Assembly: GCA_012295275.1 (NCBI GenBank) | Contig: CM022678.1 | Coordinates: 14,198,001 to 14,262,000 of the forward strand | Direction of reading: 5' to 3' | Source: Chrysomallon squamiferum | Lineage: Eukaryota > Animalia > Mollusca | Length of the DNA: 64,000 nucleotides | In this document: positions 54,677 through 64,000 of the stretch, one piece after another | Layout: each line of letters starts with the position of its first letter | Position numbering within the stretch: the stretch's first letter is position 1 | Notes under the pieces: generated by a model | Told to the model about the DNA's origin: nothing | What the model saw: only the letters and a program-made list of their open reading frames with translations | Databases searched by the model: none | Program-made: the position numbers and the translations under genes

Positions 54677-56184
54677 TGGCATTTTTGTTGTTATTGCTAT
54701 TGTTAGTTGTTTCGTTTTATTAATGAATAGTTTCTTAAGACCATTTTTTTTTTTTAAATCAAATCTCTGTGAATAATTGTCCAAATTTAATGTTAGTATA
54801 GCCAAATAAGCAAGAGACCCTTTCTACATTAAATTTCTTCTATTAGTGATATTTTTAATTACTAAATATTGTATTAGCAGCAAAACAACCCCAAACACAG
54901 CCAAAACCAGTAATTGAGAATAACTTATTTGTTTGTGTAGAAATCCCCGTATCAGTGTGTTTTCCTTTGTATCCATGGTGTAGGATTCTAATCAAAATAT
55001 GTCTGTTCCTTTTAGACCAACGATATACAAATCAAAGAAAAAATGTAAAAATATCTTTAAATGAAATAGTATAGTTCTGCTTTAGTTTCAAGATTTTAAT
55101 ACCAAGCACCACTCTCATTTTGAGAAGTAACTCTTACTTCACGACGATATTTGTGCGGTTTCTACTTAATGATGGTAAGTGGGAAGGCACATAGCTTTAA
55201 TGATGCCTGTCTACAATACATAATATTAACTTGTTTGACAGTATAAACTAGTACTTAATTAATTTTCATGTAATTGACAAATATGATTTTAATATATACA
55301 CAACAGAACTACCTACTTCCATTAAAAGGGTATTGTAAAACTTTCTTTCAGAGTTAAAATTCATTTCTAATTTTACTGACGCAAATTTGATCATTCTGTT
55401 TTAACTGTGTAAATAAGACGTGCAAAATCTTTTTATTAATCTAATGCGAGAGTGTTATTTTCATATAAAGAAAATATGGTTACTGCACGTTAATTAAAAC
55501 TGAATTAAATTCAGACTGACACCTTGTCTTTCTAAAGCCTTAAACTGAAATGTTATCTATGGTTGCAAATCTTTACGCCTAACTCACTCTGTCATAACGG
55601 AGCGTTTGTTTATGCCACTGCTGAAGTGATGATACTTCATTTTGTTTCTATGATATGATTATCGACGTTTATTTACACACAAAACCTAACCATTCACTCG
55701 GAACTGGGTTGAAGAATAGATGCTACAAAACTGACGATTCGTGTACACTTCTAAGGAACTAAAAACAAAATAAACTTCCTTACAATCGCTTAAATTTCTT
55801 TCATCAGAACCAGTGTTTAAAAAAAAGTTGTAATTGTTAAACTTAGTTTGGATTTATTGTACCCAATAGACATTAAACACTGTTAAAACTGACAATATCT
55901 GCAAACACATAAACGGTTTTAAGGCTAAACATGAAACAAACTATAAAATATCACTTTATCGATTTATGTGATTTAGCAGGTGTAGACCTGGCAGAAAAAA
56001 AACTATAAAAAAAAATAATAATAATAATAATAAAAAAATAAAACACTATTTGAATCAAAGGAGTAGTAGGGTAATTAATACTGATTATTAATAATTACTG
56101 TTTTTTAGAAATGTAACGTACGTTTAATTATATTTGATCTTTACTTTGAGCAATTATTAATAATCAGAAATCTGTGTATTAATA

Positions 56185-56231
<47 letters not shown>

Positions 56232-56460
56232 GTTAGATTTATATTTCCTTTAGAAACGGATTTGAGAGACAGATAGCGAGTACACATTAGTCATAAGTAT
56301 GGATAGAAGTGTGGTTATCACAAAATTCTTTGCAGTGCATCACTTTATTGAATTTGTTTTCTTACTACATCATCACCTACTCAGATTCAAAGCCGATATA
56401 CACGTAATGAATATTTGTTTTGCCTTTAAACCAGTTTAACGTGTAAAGGGTTAATGGTTT

Positions 56461-56932
56461 TTAATTAGGAATGCATTTTCCTATGTCAGGTTTGTCGTAA
56501 TCGCACTCCATAATACCACAGCAATCTTCGTCCTCTAAACATGGCTTCTTGTACCCTGCACAGGCTGCACGTGCCACACGAACCATGGCTTCTGAACTTT
56601 CTGCACTGACCCTTTAAGTATAAAAAATACTGTTACCAAAGTTTCTATTACAATACTAAATCTTTTAGTTTTGCTGAAGCTTCAGTGTAAATGGTAAATG
56701 TTCTGTAATAAAAATTTCAGCGAGTTTAGTAAAATAAAGTTTTTAGACGCAGAATTACTAAAACAATTATTTCCATAGATTATTTAAACCAAAGGTTAGT
56801 AACAGCTGCATATATTTATTTATTTGAAATTTAATATTTATTTATCTGAATAATGATACTGATAGACAGCATTTTATAATTACGAATAATAATAATAATA
56901 ACCATAATAATAATTACAATAATAACAACAGC

Positions 56933-56984
<52 letters not shown>

Positions 56985-58861
56985 TGGTTATCAGAAATAA
57001 TGGAAACTAAAAATAAAACATAGTCTCTGTGTTGTGTTTATTGGTGCATTGTCATCGTTTCTGATAACAGTGCTGCTGCTGATGGTGACACTACTTTACT
57101 TCTATCACATCTTAGATATTAACGTTGCTACTTCAGCTACCACCACCTTTTCAGCTTCAACTGTTACTTGTGTTTTTTCTACAAACAAGTACATCAACAA
57201 CTCACATTTTAATCCTGCCTGCAGCCACATCTCTTTTCATCCTGTTTGTAATCGCAGCGTCTGAAATAATTAAATTTTACGTTAATTAAAAACACAATAT
57301 CAACTACAACAACAAAATGATGCTATTTTCAATATTATAGCTACTAATACTACTATTATTACTATATGATGACTGTAAAAGTAATAATGATGACAGTAAC
57401 ATTATCAGTAACACCAATAACAGCAACAACAATACATTAATCATTATCATTATCAACATCATTACAATTGTCTTACAGTTAACTCTTTATTTTGTTATTT
57501 TAGCTATAATACATGTGTTTGTATTCTTTATCTATTGTTTTGTTCGCTATTGTAAATATTAACATGCGAAACTATTCTGATTACATTTCTGTTGTCAAAA
57601 AGTTCAGTTACATAAAAAAAAAGTATTAAAATTTAAAATAAATACGAAGTATTGTTACATTTCTCTCTGGAAGTGTTACAGTATTTAAATTCAAGTGAAA
57701 TTAAAACACTAGCGAAAACTAGTTTCCCAAAACTGGCAGTCTTTAGATTAGGTAAGCGGTGAGGTGTTGTAATCCGCTTCCAGAAATGGGAAAACTGGCG
57801 TGAGTAATTAAGGCCAATTTAGACGTATGGGGATATGTGAAGAACAGAGGGTATGTTTAACGAGATTGACCTTAATGAGCAGTGAGAAGCAGAGGTGATC
57901 CGGAATAGAGACTGCAAGAAATTTAATGTTTGGAGACATGAAATTAATGTTATATCTCAGTAAAATTTGGAGACAGGAAATACTACCAGAAGACAAGCAC
58001 AAGCTGTTCCAGCTGGGACTGCAGTACGTTACGTGTACCCGAGACACGGCTTCCTACTTGTCAGCTGGCGATAATCTGGGACATTGCGTGTGTAAAGTGT
58101 GACTGAATTGCTTTCAAATTGTGGACAAAATACTGTTTAACAAAAGTACATCAATTAAGGTGATGGGCCATCAATTAACGTGACAGAACACCAATTAGTA
58201 AGGGTGAGCAATAAACTGCCACAAATGGAACAACTGGCGTGTCCAGTTAAGATGTGTTATAATCGGGAATACCAGAATCGGGAATAAACCGCGAAAACTG
58301 CATACGTTTAGCCAAGAAGTTTAGTAAAGAAGAACAAATTTTTACTTCCAAAAATTTAAATAAAACCAGACTGTCAGTTTACGCAACCAATATTTTCAAA
58401 AATCGTTGACAATAATGTTAAATGTAACAATTAATTATTTTTTTTTTAAATCACCGAATGGTAATCTGTTAAATTATTATTAATTTATACAGATTGTTAG
58501 TTGCTGTATATTGTGATTAAACAGATATAAAAAAATAAATACATACATGTTGAATATTGAAATTACGAAAGACTGCAGGTCGAAAAGTCATAATCTACTT
58601 GAATAACTAGTTTTATTTTACTCATGATAAACATACCTTCGCTGCACTATAAAATATTATACTCTCTGGAGGACAGCTAATAATAATAAATTAAATTAAA
58701 TTAAATGAGACAGTTATTTGTAGATACGATCTGTACACTTTTCGACAGCCTGCGATCAGCGTGTTAGATTGCAAGTTTATACTGACAGTATCATTATACG
58801 TGCATCTAAAACTAATATTCAATTACACCGGCTGTTACATAGGTAATAAAAAATTGTAAAA

Positions 58862-58956
<95 letters not shown>

Positions 58957-59096
58957 AGGCAATTTTTCACAGAGGTCGGAATGATAGACAGAGAGTCTGA
59001 ACTATAACATCAGAAAATAATAAATATTAAACTACCTGAGCAGCTGAGCCACAGGAAACTCAGACAGAAGAGAGCTACGATGACAAATTTACTCAT
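56461..59096 (-). CDS. Secreted knottin precursor, copy B, 88 aa
   Basis: Exons 59096-59036 (signal MSKFVIVALFCLSFLWLSCS), 57260-57206 (pro DAAITNRMKRDVAAGRIKM) and 56611-56461 (VSAESSEAMVRVAR|AACAGYKKPCLEDEDCCGIMECDYDKPDIGKCIPN*). It has the same phases and the same 151-nt coding last exon as copy A. AATAAA lies at 56349-56344. Confidence 0.82.
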
Positions 59097-59399
59097 TGTC
59101 TCGTTTGATCTGTCACGTCTGGAACAAAACACGAACTGAAATACGAGCCAGATCGTAGTTCACATACTATTAACAAAGAATGTGGCAACTAAGTTAACTA
59201 TGCAATTAACATGATTGAGTACCTAAATACCAGTCATCAAAGGAATAGAAATGAATTCATTATAGAAATGATTAAGAAAATAAAATATTCAAATATTCGT
59301 TTTGCTATTATTCTGCTGAAAGAAGTAAAAATTTCTCTAAAAAATGTCATTAACTGAAAGAAAGATTATAAAACTAAATTATAAAACTAGATTATATAC

Positions 59400-59463
59400 C
59401 TACAGTGTCTGTTAGTTTAAATTGATTTATTTATTTACTTACTTACTTTATCGTTCTTTTATA
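59400..59463 (-). promoter_or_regulatory. TATA box and putative non-coding first exon of knottin B, divergent from NPL
   Basis: Minus-strand TATAAAA at 59463-59457 and TAG|GTATAT donor at 59399, the same layout as copy A. Confidence 0.45.
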
Positions 59464-59624
59464 GTCTTTTTTTTATTATTATTATTATTATTTTTATCGA
59501 ATATCACTGAAAGTTTCTGATACGATATCTAGAAGTCATCCGATAGCCAGTCTGATAACATAAAGTATAGTAAGGGACATAACTCTAGACAGAGTAGGCG
59601 TATCGTTCGATAAAAAAACAAAAC

Positions 59625-63770
<4,146 letters not shown>

Positions 63771-64000
63771 GTTAGTAACTTAAATTTTTGTTATCGTCAT
63801 AATAATCATTATTCTCATAATTCTGTAGTCACTACAATGTCATCAACACTCACCTCGCCATCAATACATCAACCATTACAAAGTTATCCGTATCATTATT
63901 ATTATTGTTTGTATCATTATCAGGAACCACAATGATGTCATTAATCGACATCTTAATCACATCAGTCTCATCAATACTGTTACCAACATCAAATCAACAT

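Noticed and set aside
55090-55770. Possible third knottin or plus-strand peptide gene between the two knottins (GGTAAGT donor near 55174; RCYKTDDSC near 55720)
   Set aside because: There is no ATG-initiated signal exon, only two Cys before a stop, and no consistent exon chain.

Overview
AT-rich, microsatellite-laden animal genomic DNA with GT-AG spliceosomal introns. A lophotrochozoan, probably a mollusc, is inferred from composition and gene content only. Genes were assembled by hand from splice sites and reading-frame phase. They are: ADRM1/Rpn13 first coding exon (-); a 10-exon ABHD1/ABHD3-like hydrolase (+) with a one-base frameshift in its last exon; a 3-exon C2orf50/CIMIP5-like gene (-); a 15-exon, ~514-aa CUB-Ig-Ig single-pass receptor (+) whose tail is built from small exons carrying four YxxL motifs and a C-terminal PDZ-binding motif; two tandem secreted knottin (conotoxin framework VI/VII-like) precursor genes (-) that the ORF track misses entirely; and the first 8 exons of N-acetylneuraminate lyase NPL (+). 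The window also holds several minisatellites, local duplications, hAT, piggyBac-like, mariner-like and Sola-like DNA transposon remnants and a LINE RNase H fragment. The best leads are the knottin pair (53-59 kb) and the tyrosine-motif CUB-Ig receptor (35.6-43.9 kb). No database search was possible, so family calls rest on motif recognition.
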